In this document: in pieces, positions 53,622-64,000 of the stretch
Numbering within the stretch: the stretch's first letter is position 1
How the letters are laid out: every line of letters starts with the position of its first letter
Origin: an uncultured Eubacteriales bacterium
GTDB taxonomy: Bacteria > Acidobacteriota > Aminicenantia > Aminicenantales > Saccharicenantaceae
Reading direction: 5' to 3'
DNA length: 64,000 bases
Assembly (NCBI GenBank): GCA_964551995.1
Contig: CAZKFD010000006.1
Span: forward strand, 2,894 to 66,893
The notes under the pieces: generated by a model
What the model was told of the DNA's origin: nothing
The model's database searches: none
What the model saw: only the letters and a program-made list of their open reading frames with translations
Position numbers and translations under genes: made by a program

Positions 53622-55676
53622 ATGAGAAAGATGAAAAAATCGTTGTGGCCGATCCTCGTTTCGTTGGCCCTCTGCGTCCTCATCGCCTCGATCTCCGGCC
53701 GGGCGCCGGAACGACGTGTTTCTCCGGTCCCGCCCCTCGATCCGCAACAGGTCCAGGACCAGGACCTCATGACGTGGGCGGATTATCATCCGATCCCAGG
53801 CCACGATTGGGTGGACCCGTCGCTCACTCCGAAGCGGGCCTTCCGCCTCGCCGTCGTGGCCATCGATTTCCCCGACCAGCCCTTCGTCATCACGCTGCCC
53901 AAGGGCTCGGATCCCTTCGGAAACCCCCAGATCGATCCCATCGCCCGCAAGGACGTGCCCCACTTCTACGCCGATTTCTTCATGAAACCTAGCGCGATCA
54001 ATCACGGCCACACGATCAACGGCTACTGGATGGAACAGTCGCGGGGCGGGTTCGGCATAACGAAGGTCGACGCCTTCGGCCCGTACCGCATGCCGAAAGC
54101 CCACTGGGTCTACGGCCTCAACGAGTGGGGCCAGAACGCCTACACGCCCGACGGCAGCCGTGCCAACGGGCATATGGAAACCGACTGTGACGCCCTGTGG
54201 CGCGCGGCCGCCGGGAAGGACATCGAGAAGAACTACGACGTCGTTCTGCGCATTTACGCGGGCTACGACGAAACCGGCGTCTGGCAGGAATTCGGGGAGA
54301 TGAAGTTCAACACGCGGGACGATATCACGCCCGAATGGGGCAATCCCAACCCCGCCAAGCCCCGCTGGGTGCCGACGCGCTATGTGGCTTGGACGAGCTG
54401 GCTGGCCGGCTCGCAGCAGTGGGGCCTGTCCTCCATAAGGCAGGGCGAGAACTCCGGCACGATCACCCACGAGCTTGGCCATTACGCCTTCGACCTGCCT
54501 GACCTCAACAACAACCCCTACGTCAAGCCCTACCGGCGCGCCGCCGTCGGGCCATGGGACATGATGGACCGGGGGAGCTTCAACGGACCGGGCGGCCCCC
54601 ACAGACGTTGGGTCGTGCCGCCGACCCAGGGCGCCGCTATGCCCGCCGGCCTGATGGTCCGAAACCGCCTGGAAAACAAGTTCATTACCGACTCCCAGCT
54701 CGTACGGCTGACCAGGAGCGGGCTCACGGAAACCGGCCTGGCCGTGTCCGACGTCACGGCGCGCGCGGTCGATCCTCTCCCCGGCACCGCGGCCGGGATC
54801 TTCGTCCGGCTCGACGGCCCGCCGCCCGTCGACAAGACCCCGCCCGACGACCCGTCCGTCGATCCGCTCTCTCCGGGAACTCCGAACTACAGTTTCTATT
54901 CGCTCGAGGTCGTCCAGCGGATCGGCTACGATTCGTTCACTCCCGACAACGGGGTTCTCATCGCCAAGAGCAAGGACGGCCTGCGCGGCTGGAACGGCGG
55001 CCCCAACGCCTTCAACAGCTACATTTGGATCATCGACGCCCATCCCGAAGATATCAACCGCGTGGACTACGTCAAGCCCAACGGCGAAAAGGTCATGCGG
55101 ACGATCGCCGACTACCGGCAGCTTAACGACGCCCTCTTCCACGCCGGGCTCGATTCCGGGAGCCTCTGCGAGTGGCAGGACACGCCGAACCGCCTACATT
55201 TCTATGTCGTCGACGTGCACCACAACAAGGATGGCATCCTTTATTACACGCTGGCCATTCGCTCGCTCGACGGTTCGGGGCCGCAGCAGAGGGGCGTGTC
55301 GCTCAGGGCGGTAGGCCGCAAGACCGTTGGCAGGCCCCATGCCGGAGTAGTATTCACGCTGACCAATACCGGTGCGGCCGCGGCCGCCCCCGCAACGACG
55401 GGAGCGCCGACGGGCCCTTCGGCGGCCCCTCAGGGAGCCGTCGCGCGCTTCGATTGCGATGTCTATAGGCTGTCGGTGTCCGTCGCGGCCAAAGGATGGA
55501 CGGCCCAGCTGCTCAACGGGCTGGCCGCAGTCGAGGCCGGCGGGTCCCGGACGGTTCCGGTCTATGTCTCTAGGGAGAGTGGGGCCTCACCGACCGCCGA
55601 AGTGACGCTACGCGCGGTTTCTGAAAGCGATCCTTCCAAGGTCGCGGAGGCCACCGTCAAGCTGACGAGCCGCTGA
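53622..55676 (+). CDS. Secreted zinc metalloprotease, M6 (immune inhibitor A)-like
   Basis: Signal peptide. HExxH followed by an acidic PDL segment (GTITHELGHYAFDLPDLNN), as in M6 peptidases. C-terminal beta-rich domain. Confidence 0.6.
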   Translation: MRKMKKSLWPILVSLALCVLIASISGRAPERRVSPVPPLDPQQVQDQDLMTWADYHPIPGHDWVDPSLTPKRAFRLAVVAIDFPDQPFVITLPKGSDPFGNPQIDPIARKDVPHFYADFFMKPSAINHGHTINGYWMEQSRGGFGITKVDAFGPYRMPKAHWVYGLNEWGQNAYTPDGSRANGHMETDCDALWRAAAGKDIEKNYDVVLRIYAGYDETGVWQEFGEMKFNTRDDITPEWGNPNPAKPRWVPTRYVAWTSWLAGSQQWGLSSIRQGENSGTITHELGHYAFDLPDLNNNPYVKPYRRAAVGPWDMMDRGSFNGPGGPHRRWVVPPTQGAAMPAGLMVRNRLENKFITDSQLVRLTRSGLTETGLAVSDVTARAVDPLPGTAAGIFVRLDGPPPVDKTPPDDPSVDPLSPGTPNYSFYSLEVVQRIGYDSFTPDNGVLIAKSKDGLRGWNGGPNAFNSYIWIIDAHPEDINRVDYVKPNGEKVMRTIADYRQLNDALFHAGLDSGSLCEWQDTPNRLHFYVVDVHHNKDGILYYTLAIRSLDGSGPQQRGVSLRAVGRKTVGRPHAGVVFTLTNTGAAAAAPATTGAPTGPSAAPQGAVARFDCDVYRLSVSVAAKGWTAQLLNGLAAVEAGGSRTVPVYVSRESGASPTAEVTLRAVSESDPSKVAEATVKLTSR

Positions 55677-55701
55677 GAATCGTGCGCAGTCCGGATGGCT
55701 T

Positions 55702-57042
55702 TCAAGAGGGCGCCGGGCTTTGCTCTTTGAGATCATCAAGAACGTCCCGGCTCGCTCTCAGAAGGATGTCTTCGATGTCGGGCGTGAACGGGAACACCGT
55801 ATAGAACATCGGCGCGCAGTAACAAGCGTAGTCGCCCGGGTCCTCAAACGCCCCGCGCGTCGGGAAATAACCGATGTCCCCGTTGGCGTAGCCGACGGGG
55901 ACGAGCGTGGGGTAGGACTCCTTGAGGCTCGAGCCGAACAGGGAGAAAGCCTCCCCGGGCAGGCCGATGATTTCGAGGCCACCGATGCCGACAGCCTGGA
56001 TGGGCACCCCCTCGACATAGGGCCTTGCGGCGAGCGCCTCGTGGGATTCTAGGGCCGTCTTTTTCCATTCCTCGGCGAACCTCTCGGCCATGGGGAAGCC
56101 GCTGTTTTTTTCGAGGAAAAGCGCGGCCATGCGGCCGATCTTTTTTTTGGGCGGCACAGAGAGCGGAATCCGGACCCTGCGCTCCGTGATCCTGAGGAGC
56201 GCGCCGCCGCCAGCTCCGCCGCCGGCGCCGGCCTCCGCGCCGCTGTGGCCGCTAGCTACGGGCTCCGCCGCATAGCGCCGGCTCTTGGCTGCCCGGTCCG
56301 AGACGATCCGGCCGTATAGGGCCAGGTCGTCCGCCGTCCCTTCGCCCCAGCGGTTGAGCTGGGTCACCGGGTCGATGTCGCCGCAGAATCCCTGAAAAAA
56401 GATCGCCCGCCGCCCTGTCGCCTCGACGGCGCGGACTGCGGCCCCGGGCCAGTCGGCCGAAACCCGTGTCGCCCGACCCAGGATGACCGCGTGGCAGGCG
56501 TAGGAGAGCAAGAGGATGTCTCCGCCTGCGCTTCCGTGCTCGAAATATGCGATCTTGAGGTAGGGATCTATCCCCTCGAACGACCCATCCCTGCGGTTGT
56601 ACCCCAGCGGCTCGAGGGCTTCGAAGGAGTATGAGAACTCGGCCGGGGCGGCGTCGGCGACGGCGCTTGAGGCCGCCGCGACGATCGCGTCCGGAAGACT
56701 CTTCACATAGCCGGTATCCATCTCTCCGATGCCGGGGAGTGGCATCGTGGCTGGCCCAGTGTGGGTATGCGTGCAGGCGAGCATGATGTTTGCGGTCGGG
56801 ATTCCGGCGGCCTTCGATACAGCGCCCCGGATCCCGTCCGAGACGCTTACGGTCAAGCCCACAAGGTCGCATGAGATGAGCATTATCCTCCGTCCGCCGT
56901 CGTCGAGGTAGAGGGCCCGTGCCTTGAGGTCGTCGAGAACGGATTCCGCCTTCCTTTTGAGATAGAATCCGTAGCCCGAAAGCTCGACCCCCATGGGCGG
57001 AGTGATGACTTTTTCGCCGTATCCGGCCTGAAGTTTCGCCAT
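55702..57042 (-). CDS. Neutral/alkaline ceramidase N-terminal-domain-like hydrolase
   Basis: Start MAKLQAGYGEKVITPPMGVELSGYGF...DDLKARALYL...ISCDLVG matches the family N-terminal pattern. AGGAG lies upstream. The listed ORF extension to 57327 overlaps the symporter gene. Confidence 0.6.
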   Translation of the reverse strand: MAKLQAGYGEKVITPPMGVELSGYGFYLKRKAESVLDDLKARALYLDDGGRRIMLISCDLVGLTVSVSDGIRGAVSKAAGIPTANIMLACTHTHTGPATMPLPGIGEMDTGYVKSLPDAIVAAASSAVADAAPAEFSYSFEALEPLGYNRRDGSFEGIDPYLKIAYFEHGSAGGDILLLSYACHAVILGRATRVSADWPGAAVRAVEATGRRAIFFQGFCGDIDPVTQLNRWGEGTADDLALYGRIVSDRAAKSRRYAAEPVASGHSGAEAGAGGGAGGGALLRITERRVRIPLSVPPKKKIGRMAALFLEKNSGFPMAERFAEEWKKTALESHEALAARPYVEGVPIQAVGIGGLEIIGLPGEAFSLFGSSLKESYPTLVPVGYANGDIGYFPTRGAFEDPGDYACYCAPMFYTVFPFTPDIEDILLRASRDVLDDLKEQSPAPS

Positions 57043-57050
57043 GGCTTCTC

Positions 57051-58835
57051 CTATGCTTTTCCCGGCAGGCCCGTCCCGGCCGTTGCTGGTTTCCTGCCGA
57101 CCAGGACGCGTCTCAACAGCCACCAGCTGAAACCGGCCGCACCCGCCGCGCCCGCTCCGGCCGTGGGCCAGGCCCGGGCGAAGACCGCGTTCGTGGCCAC
57201 GACGAGTCCCAGGCAAGCCGCGATGCCGATGACACCATCCACGATCAGCCGGCCGGTGGGCGGATCGCCGTCGGGAGGCAGGTTGGCCGCTCGCCGGATC
57301 TCCCCCCAGAGCCCCGGCGGGCGGCACTTCTCGTAAAAGCGCACGAGCGTCTCGCGCGATTCAGGCGGCGTCAGGACCGTGACGATGAGCAGGACTGCGA
57401 AGCTCAGGACGAAAAGGAAGCCCGTCGCCTGCCAGAAAGGCTTATTTTGATAGCCCAGGATAAACCACACGAGGATCGAGAGCGGCAGCCCGAGGACGAA
57501 GGCCGCGAGCTCGCCCCAGACGTTGAACCGCCACCAGAAAAACCTCAGCCAAGAGAGGGGCAGGAGGAAGATAACCATCACTGAGTTGATGAACAGGAAC
57601 CAGCTGACCATGCCCTTGACCCAGAGGATGGCGACGGCGGCGGCGAGGATAAAAAGCCCCAGCACCGTCAACCGGCTGACCGTGATCTGGCGTTTGGGCG
57701 GATCGTCCGGCCTGAGGGAGCGGTAGAAGTCGTTGACGACGAGCGAGCTTCCCCAGTTGATGAGGGAGCTCAGGGCCGACATGAACGCCGCCAGCTCCGA
57801 GGCGACGAGCACGCCGACGAACCCGGCGGGAAGGCGGCTGGCCTTGATCAGCTCGCCCCAGGCGTACGCCGGGTCGGCGAGGACCTTCATGCCCGCCGGG
57901 GCCGGACCGACCTGCGCCAGGAGGTCCTTCGTCCAGAACAGCGAAAAACAGAGCACGCCGAGGCCGATGAGCGGAATCGTCCGCAGGGAGAGCGCCAGGA
58001 AAGAGTTGAAGAGCTGGCCGGCCATGGCGTGCCGCTCGTTCTTGGCAGCCAGGAAGCGCTGCGCCGTCCAGCCCTCGCCGGCCGTCGGCGAGCCCGCGAA
58101 GAACAGGCCCTGGACGACGAGCATGCCCAGCGTCAGCAGAGGGATGAGCGGGGTCGGCGGCACCTGCTGGAGGACATCCGGGCGGACACTCGCCGCGCGG
58201 GACAGGATCCGGGCCCAGCCGCCGTGGCGCGGGACGGCGACCAGGAAGAAGATGAGGTTTCCTGTTAGGAAGATCCCGAACTGCATGATGTCGGTGAAGA
58301 CAACGCCGATGAGCCCGCCGAAGACGGTATAAATGACCGTGATCCCTCCGAAGATGAGGAGGATCTGAGCCTCCGAGAGCGGCACGAGCGGCTTGACCGT
58401 CTTGGCGAAGAAGCCCGTGACGTAGCCGATGATGAGGATCGCGAAGGAGAAAAGAAGAAAGGCATAGACTTTGCGGGCCAGCAGGGCCGGCTTGCCGCCG
58501 TAGCGGAGCGTGAGGAGCTCGGCGGTCGTCACGATCTGCATCCTCCGCCACATCCGGGCCCAGATGATGGCCACGAGCGGCATCCAGATGATCCATGCCC
58601 CCCACCAGAACCAGTTCCCGACCAGGCCGAAGACGAGGATGAGCATGACGAAGCCCCCGCCGCCGGAGGAATACGTGGCCGTGTTCGAGAGCCCGATGGC
58701 CCACCAGGAGAGGCTGCGGTTCCCCGTGAAGTAGCCGGCGGCGCCGTGGCGCGCCGACCGCTTGGTGAAATAGAGGCCGACTCCGAGCGAGAGCGCACAG
58801 AGGACGGCGACGACGAGCCAGTCGATGCCGGTCAT
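57051..58835 (-). CDS. Sodium:solute symporter (SSS) family transporter
   Basis: ~13 TM helices, an N-terminal GYFTGNRSL motif context, 594 aa. Lies 8 nt upstream of the ceramidase-like gene. Confidence 0.85.
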   Translation of the reverse strand: MTGIDWLVVAVLCALSLGVGLYFTKRSARHGAAGYFTGNRSLSWWAIGLSNTATYSSGGGGFVMLILVFGLVGNWFWWGAWIIWMPLVAIIWARMWRRMQIVTTAELLTLRYGGKPALLARKVYAFLLFSFAILIIGYVTGFFAKTVKPLVPLSEAQILLIFGGITVIYTVFGGLIGVVFTDIMQFGIFLTGNLIFFLVAVPRHGGWARILSRAASVRPDVLQQVPPTPLIPLLTLGMLVVQGLFFAGSPTAGEGWTAQRFLAAKNERHAMAGQLFNSFLALSLRTIPLIGLGVLCFSLFWTKDLLAQVGPAPAGMKVLADPAYAWGELIKASRLPAGFVGVLVASELAAFMSALSSLINWGSSLVVNDFYRSLRPDDPPKRQITVSRLTVLGLFILAAAVAILWVKGMVSWFLFINSVMVIFLLPLSWLRFFWWRFNVWGELAAFVLGLPLSILVWFILGYQNKPFWQATGFLFVLSFAVLLIVTVLTPPESRETLVRFYEKCRPPGLWGEIRRAANLPPDGDPPTGRLIVDGVIGIAACLGLVVATNAVFARAWPTAGAGAAGAAGFSWWLLRRVLVGRKPATAGTGLPGKA

Positions 58836-59753
58836 GCCGCGGGTTTCCTCCGACCCCTGGTGTAGAGCTAGCCGAGCCGAGGAAGGAGTTTTTCAGCTCC
58901 TGATTCCCAGTAAGAAGTTATCAGCGTACTGCCGCGGCGTCAAGTTTCCCAGCGGGCCAACTACAATTAGTGGGGTTTCGGATGGCGGGACGCACTATAT
59001 ATTGGCTACGGGCGAATTTTCTGTAACTAATTGATAATATTGGACTTGACATTCAGGCAATCGTGTGAGATATTTAATATGTTTTTCGAGTATCGCAATA
59101 GCTGACAATACACAGGCAGATTGATGAAACCGTTCATGGTGGTTTTCATCTGTTCCCTGATAGTCCCCGTGTATTTTATCCTCCTGATGGCGGACGGGAG
59201 GAGGCTCAGGAGGCGGCTTCGCGGAGTCCGATCAGCATCGGCCGGAGAAGCGCAGGAGGAGGAGCTGTTCATCACGTCCGACTACGCCATGTGGACGGCG
59301 CCTGCTTTTCGTAAGGCCGAGCTTGCTGGCGGCGGTAACGGCCGCTCTTATGCGCTGGGGATCGAACGTCCCAGCGCCGAATGAGATTATAGCTCGATCA
59401 CTGAAATTGCAGTCGGGAATTTTCGTGTGCTCTCCCCTAAGTCTCTAGGTTCAACCGAAGTTGTAGCCAGGATTATTTGGCATTCCCCTCTTAAAAAGCC
59501 ACTTCTGCGGTGAAGCTTTCGACCCATTGAGCCCGTCATCGTCGATAACAAACCCTTTCCTGTCATTTTTACCGTACATATTGCGTTCACATTGAGATGA
59601 ATGACCAAAACCCTCCAGCATTACCAGCAATTTTTCGGCCTCCGGAAGGACGCTGACCCGGGCCTGCCCGAGATTGAGGACGCAGAGATGCAGCTTTCCG
59701 GGCCGAAGAGCAGCGGACTGTGATCCTTCATATCCTCTTGGACAATATTTCAA

Positions 59754-59973
59754 TTATTCTAAGGTACTCTTTAATGCTTCTTAGGGTGTTCTGCCCTTAA
59801 ATGTTCCGTGAGGACGTTCAAGGTTATAAAACCTTTCCCACTCTGCTCATAAAATGTCGACCTCGGCACCTCGAATGTGGGCAAGTCTGGGTCACACTTC
59901 GAGTAATCTCGGCATACCTAAGAACTGTCCGTTTGTAATGGATTCTGAATGCGTCTCGGACTTCTTTCTTCAT
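59754..59973 (-). pseudogene. Internally deleted IS481/IS3-type (DDE/rve) transposase remnant
   Basis: AAGGAGG plus ATG 59973 give MKKEVRDAFRIHYKRTVLRYAEITRSVTQTC... Shifted frames then read FEVPRSTFYE (HTH end) and WERFYNLERPHGTFKGRTP (the extreme C-terminal rve signature). The whole catalytic core is absent. Confidence 0.55.
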
Positions 59974-60195
59974 CTGTCAGACCTCCTTTATGTAGCTTAG
60001 CAAATAGCATAAAGTGTCCAAGAAGATCTGACATATCTACACTTCCCTGTATTCCCTGGCATAGTTTTCAGGGTTGAGGTCCGCTTGGTCCCAGATTTGG
60101 CCCGTCTTTCAGGAGAGAACTCCTCTCCTTTATTATCACGCCCCTTAGGTACGTGGTTGTCTGTTATTTTTTTTCATTCCAATCTTAAACGCCGG

Positions 60196-61885
60196 TCACC
60201 ACCCCCGTTTTATCCAGGCCTTTGACGTATTACCCTCCTTCCCATAGATTTCTTCACGCAGTTCTTCTTCGGCTTCGCGCACGATCTCCTCATATTCTTT
60301 TTCATCGTCGGTTTTTTTATCGGCTTGTCTCTTTGCGTTGTTGCCCAAGAGCCAGTCCATGCATTCGCTTGCCAAATCCTCCTCTGGAGATGTTGGGATT
60401 ATCGGCAGAGGGGGAGGAATGAAGCCATCACGAATATAGGGATGGTAGGCTTCAACAATACTGATAGCGGCGGCGTTGGCAACGTCGTCATGAAGGCCTG
60501 GCCAGTGGTCTATGATGTCCTTTTCTCTGCCTTTCCGCCGTTGAAGGCTGAGGAATTCAAGGAACTGCTGTTGATTATCTAAGAGCTTACAACCTCGTTG
60601 CATAACGATCGGCAAGAACTCCACAAAGTAATCCGACTTGGAAAGCCGCGGCACATTGTAGGTAATGCCTTCTTTCAGGAACAGCGAGCTGGGCCATTCT
60701 CCAGCGTAGTGGTCTCCGGTTACTGAGTGAATCCTATAGCGTAGAAGAAGAGCAGCAAACTCTTTGACACAGGCGGCTGGGTCAAACCCAGTGGTGCCCG
60801 GCTGTCTGACTCTTATGGCGTCTTGGACGACTCGGTCCCCTTCCAGGTGGGCGATGCTAAGCGTCATGGCATCTCCTCCGGGAGAGCCCCCACTTGGGTC
60901 GACTCCAGCAACATACTGGATGCCGGGACGCGGTTCAAGTTCAAACCTGTCACGGACAACGCAAGCTGCCAAAGCCTCACGTGCGAGAAACGTTTCCAAG
61001 TCTGGCCTGAAAAACGGACCAATACCATATTCAACGGAAGCGGCCTGAGGATCATCCATCAGGGCCTTTTGAATATGCTCTTCTGGATAAGTAGGGTTCA
61101 TATCACGAGTTCCTGCTGCCCAGACCAGTGTGTCTGGGTCCTCCCGGCCGTACTTATCACGAAAGGCTTCCCACAGAGGTCCCAATTTTCGATAACCAGT
61201 GCTGATGCATAGGAGTTTTGAGCCCGGTTGACCACCCAACGATGGTCGTAGCCCGGTCAGGATTTCCGCTGCTGGATTCTGTCCCTCAACGTTGTAGAAG
61301 GCGATCTCGTCGCAGACGGCGGCTAGGATTTTGAAGCCGCGAAGGGTCCGGTAGCTGCAGGTCTGGACCGAGATGATAACATTGTTCTTAAGTCGCAACT
61401 CCTCCGCAGAAGCGCCCGCAACCATTCCCTCAAAGGCTGGGGTCTCTAGGATTTTCCGGATGTAATTGAACACGACCTGAGCCTGTTTCCGGTCTACTGC
61501 TATGGTCATGATATGACCGGGTTCCAAGCCAAGATGCCAATCCACGAATATCGCCAGAAAAACGCTGATCACCGCGGCAACAAGGCTCTTCCCGCCGCGC
61601 CTTCCCACAACCAAGAAGACCTCGTTGAACACGTCGTTAGGTGGGTTGACCCGCCCTGTGAATTTTCGAAAGATTTCGACCTCCTCAGGCTCAAAGACCG
61701 AAAATTGTTTTTAGGCAGACCATCCAGGCTGTCCAAGTGGATAGATCCCGGAATTCGGGCAACGCTCCGAAGAGGTTGCGGTCTTTAATTGTGTCAATAA
61801 TATTCATGTTATCTCCTGTGGACCATAAGGTCCCAGTTTCGTTCTTAGTTTTCGGAACACATACGAGCACCGGACTTTGTACCAC
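60196..61885 (-). pseudogene. Phage terminase large subunit, interrupted by one frameshift
   Basis: Walker A-like VVGRRGGKS and a nuclease-domain-length C-terminus. The N-terminal 64 aa (61691..61885, ...WTAWMVCLKTIFGL*) is in a different frame from the body, which continues FEPEEVEIFRKFTGRVNPPNDVFNEV... The frame switch must lie within 61694-61710. Confidence 0.75.
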
Positions 61886-61936
61886 AAAGCGAAGAGAACG
61901 GGCTCAGGGCGCTCGTTCGTCCTAGAGCTTGTTTTT

Positions 61937-62422
61937 TCACTTGGAGCCATCCTCGCCTTCCTTTGCTTTTTGTGCATCCCGGGCTCTCTTGTCGAAATCG
62001 GCGATGTAGGAAGTCACATCGAAAGCCCGATTGCCTGCTCGCCTCTTAATCCCGAGCGTCAACAAGTCGCGCCTGAGACTCTCGGCATAGGTGATGTAAC
62101 TCTTGATCAGGACAGGGGACAGCTCTTCACCCTTAAAGACCCCATTCTCCGCTACCCAAATCTCCATGCACCTTAGGATACCTAGCTTCGAAATTGCTCG
62201 ATCGAGAATCACCAGCTCACCACATGTCAGGTCAGATTCTGTAGGACCAAGGTCACGAATCAAACATTGCCTCGCCTCCGTCAGAAATTGCCTTAGGTAT
62301 GGGCGTTTTCGACGTATTTCACCCAACCTGGTCATAATGCTATAAGCACCGTTCAAACCGGGTCTACCATGCTTTGTTGTCTTCGAATTTACGTCATGCT
62401 GCATATTAATTTTTTGCCTCAC
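61937..62422 (-). CDS. Possible terminase small subunit / phage DNA-binding protein
   Basis: The call rests only on position (immediately upstream of the large terminase), size (161 aa) and low-GC phage-like composition. Confidence 0.3.
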   Translation of the reverse strand: MRQKINMQHDVNSKTTKHGRPGLNGAYSIMTRLGEIRRKRPYLRQFLTEARQCLIRDLGPTESDLTCGELVILDRAISKLGILRCMEIWVAENGVFKGEELSPVLIKSYITYAESLRRDLLTLGIKRRAGNRAFDVTSYIADFDKRARDAQKAKEGEDGSK

Positions 62423-62950
62423 CTCTTAAATACCCCCCTCCCCATAACATGTCAACCCGCTTCTTGTTTAGGTGGGAATTCAATAATAACGTGTAAAATT
62501 CTGGGGAGTTTTTTTGGGGAATGCTATCCTAAGTGCAAGAGGGGAAATACTTTAGACACGTAATTTTAAGCTGGTGCGAACGTCTTGCGAGAATGCAGCA
62601 TTATAGCCTTGCCGAGACGCTTTCAACTCGCCGCCGGAACTGGAGCGTCCATCGCTTAAGGATAGAACTCGGGCGGATATCCGGAACGCCCCTTTACATC
62701 CCTCTGCCAACCCCGAGTTTGCGGCGATGAGGGCCTCGGAAGGCCAGTCTTGTGCTGCGCATCAGCACAGAAAGAATCCGATCATAAATTTTCGAAGTCT
62801 TTAACTAAGCCGTTAGAAACTAAATGCACATCTCTAAAGTCGATTACGGAAAGGAAAAAGCTTGTATACGGCCATATTGTCCCTAGAGAGATCCAGCAGC
62901 CGCGGCACATTGGGTATATATCATGCTAGAATAGGCGAGGAGTATTCGAT

Positions 62951-63982
62951 ATGGAGAAGGATAAGAAACCATCCCCTTGGGCCGCCGAGCGCGACGCCGC
63001 GATCTCGGATTTCCTCGACCGCTTCGCCGACTCGCCCGACCGCAACCTCCTTGCCGACATCATGGTCACGATCACGCGTCTCGCCCGCGACCGCGCCGAC
63101 CGCGGTGACATCAAACTGATGACCTCGTCGTTTAAGGAGCTCCGCTACGCCTTCAAGGTCTTTGCCCCGTATGCAGACATCCGCAAGGTCAGCATCTTCG
63201 GGTCAAGCCGCACCCCTTCCGACCACCCGGACTACATCCAGGCCGAGGCCTTCGCTCACATCATGCGCTCGCGGCGTTGGATGATCATCACCGGGGCGGG
63301 GGAGGGGATCATGGGCGCCGGCCAGCGCGGGGCCGGCCGCGCCGGGAGCTTCGGCGTCGCCATCCGCCTCCCCCACGAGCAGAAGACCAACGAGGTTATC
63401 GTCGCCGACCCAAAGCTCATCACGTTCAAGCACTTCTTTACCCGCAAGATCCTCTTCCTCAAGGAAGCCTCGGCCATCTGCCTCTTCCCCGGCGGCTTCG
63501 GCACGCACGACGAGGGCTTCGAGACGCTGACCATGGTCCAGACGGGTAAGACCTGCCTCATCCCGATCGTCCTCGTTGACTCGCCCGGCGGCACGTTCTG
63601 GCAGCACTGGCGGACCTACATCAAGGCCGAGCTCCTCCACAACGGCATGATCAGCGAGGAGGACATGAACCTCTTCAAGCTGACTGACGACGTCGCGGCG
63701 GCCGCCGACGAGATCACGGGCTTCTATCGCCGCTACCACTCGATGCGCTACGTGGGCCCTCAGCTCATCCTCAGGCTCTCATCCGCCCTCCCGGCGCGGA
63801 CGCTCGAGAAGCTCAATGATACCTTCGGCGGGATCCTGAGCGCGGGACGGATCGAGCAGTGCGCCGGTCCCGTGGCGGGCGAGGGCGACCAGTATCCCGA
63901 TATGGTGCGTCTCACGCTCCAGTTCAACCGCAAGAATGTCGGCACTCTGCGCCTCCTCATCAACGAGATCAACAAGGCGTAG
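62951..63982 (+). CDS. LOG-family (TIGR00730, lysine-decarboxylase-like) nucleotide-binding protein with a C-terminal extension
   Basis: PGGxGTxxE motif (FPGGFGTHDEGFE), SIFGSSR and ITGAGEGIMGA blocks. GAGGAG lies upstream of the ATG. Confidence 0.8.
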   Translation: MEKDKKPSPWAAERDAAISDFLDRFADSPDRNLLADIMVTITRLARDRADRGDIKLMTSSFKELRYAFKVFAPYADIRKVSIFGSSRTPSDHPDYIQAEAFAHIMRSRRWMIITGAGEGIMGAGQRGAGRAGSFGVAIRLPHEQKTNEVIVADPKLITFKHFFTRKILFLKEASAICLFPGGFGTHDEGFETLTMVQTGKTCLIPIVLVDSPGGTFWQHWRTYIKAELLHNGMISEEDMNLFKLTDDVAAAADEITGFYRRYHSMRYVGPQLILRLSSALPARTLEKLNDTFGGILSAGRIEQCAGPVAGEGDQYPDMVRLTLQFNRKNVGTLRLLINEINKA

Positions 63983-64000
63983 CCGCTCTCTTGTCGTCCT

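Overview
GC-rich bacterial chromosomal segment (third codon positions are mostly G/C). The organism has a Gram-negative-type envelope, shown by an OM beta-barrel, TonB-domain proteins and a LolA-like protein. About 50 protein-coding genes can be supported. I recognised no rRNA, tRNA or CRISPR array.

Gene content, left to right:
- TPR protein, then ECF sigma / ZAS anti-sigma / secreted protein with four tandem TonB C-terminal domains.
- Cytochrome-c-like protein, membrane protein and a frameshifted LiaF-like gene.
- Amidohydrolase.
- A tightly coupled 4-gene flavoenzyme/sugar operon (TIM-barrel isomerase, OYE-type reductase, FAD protein, SDR), divergent from a corrinoid protein plus UroD-family methyltransferase pair.
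- Nitroreductase, DMT transporter, Na+/solute symporter.
- LolA-like / 2x FtsX permease / ABC ATPase / beta-barrel / TetR cassette.
- rlmN and a TrmA/RlmD-type RNA methyltransferase.
- A glycan locus: Gfo/Idh/MocA, a second UroD-family gene, GH38 mannosidase, and a third (frameshifted) UroD-family gene.
- A receiver-domain::TonB fusion protein.
- A C1 peptidase truncated at a sharp GC cliff next to an integrase/excisionase pair.
- M48 protease with zinc ribbons, class-II lyase, hrpA, a disulfide oxidoreductase, GH27, M6-like protease, ceramidase-like protein plus a second symporter.
- A decayed prophage/IS patch (frameshifted terminase, gutted transposase).
- A LOG-family gene.

Most unusual observations:
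1. A family of 130-155 bp elements bounded by a conserved ~28-nt terminal inverted repeat, with three copies. One is inserted exactly in frame (150 bp) inside hrpA. Another supplies the 3' end of one gene and the candidate start codon of the next.
2. Corrinoid/UroD-type methyltransferase genes embedded in, and translationally coupled to, carbohydrate-active genes. This suggests an undescribed corrinoid-dependent sugar (de)methylation system.
3. Two atypical TonB-domain architectures (4x TonB_C under an ECF pair; REC(D->E)::TonB).
4. A ~270-nt structured-looking leader upstream of GH38.

Coordinates derived by hand may be off by 1-2 nt. All family calls rest on motifs I recognised by eye, not on database searches.
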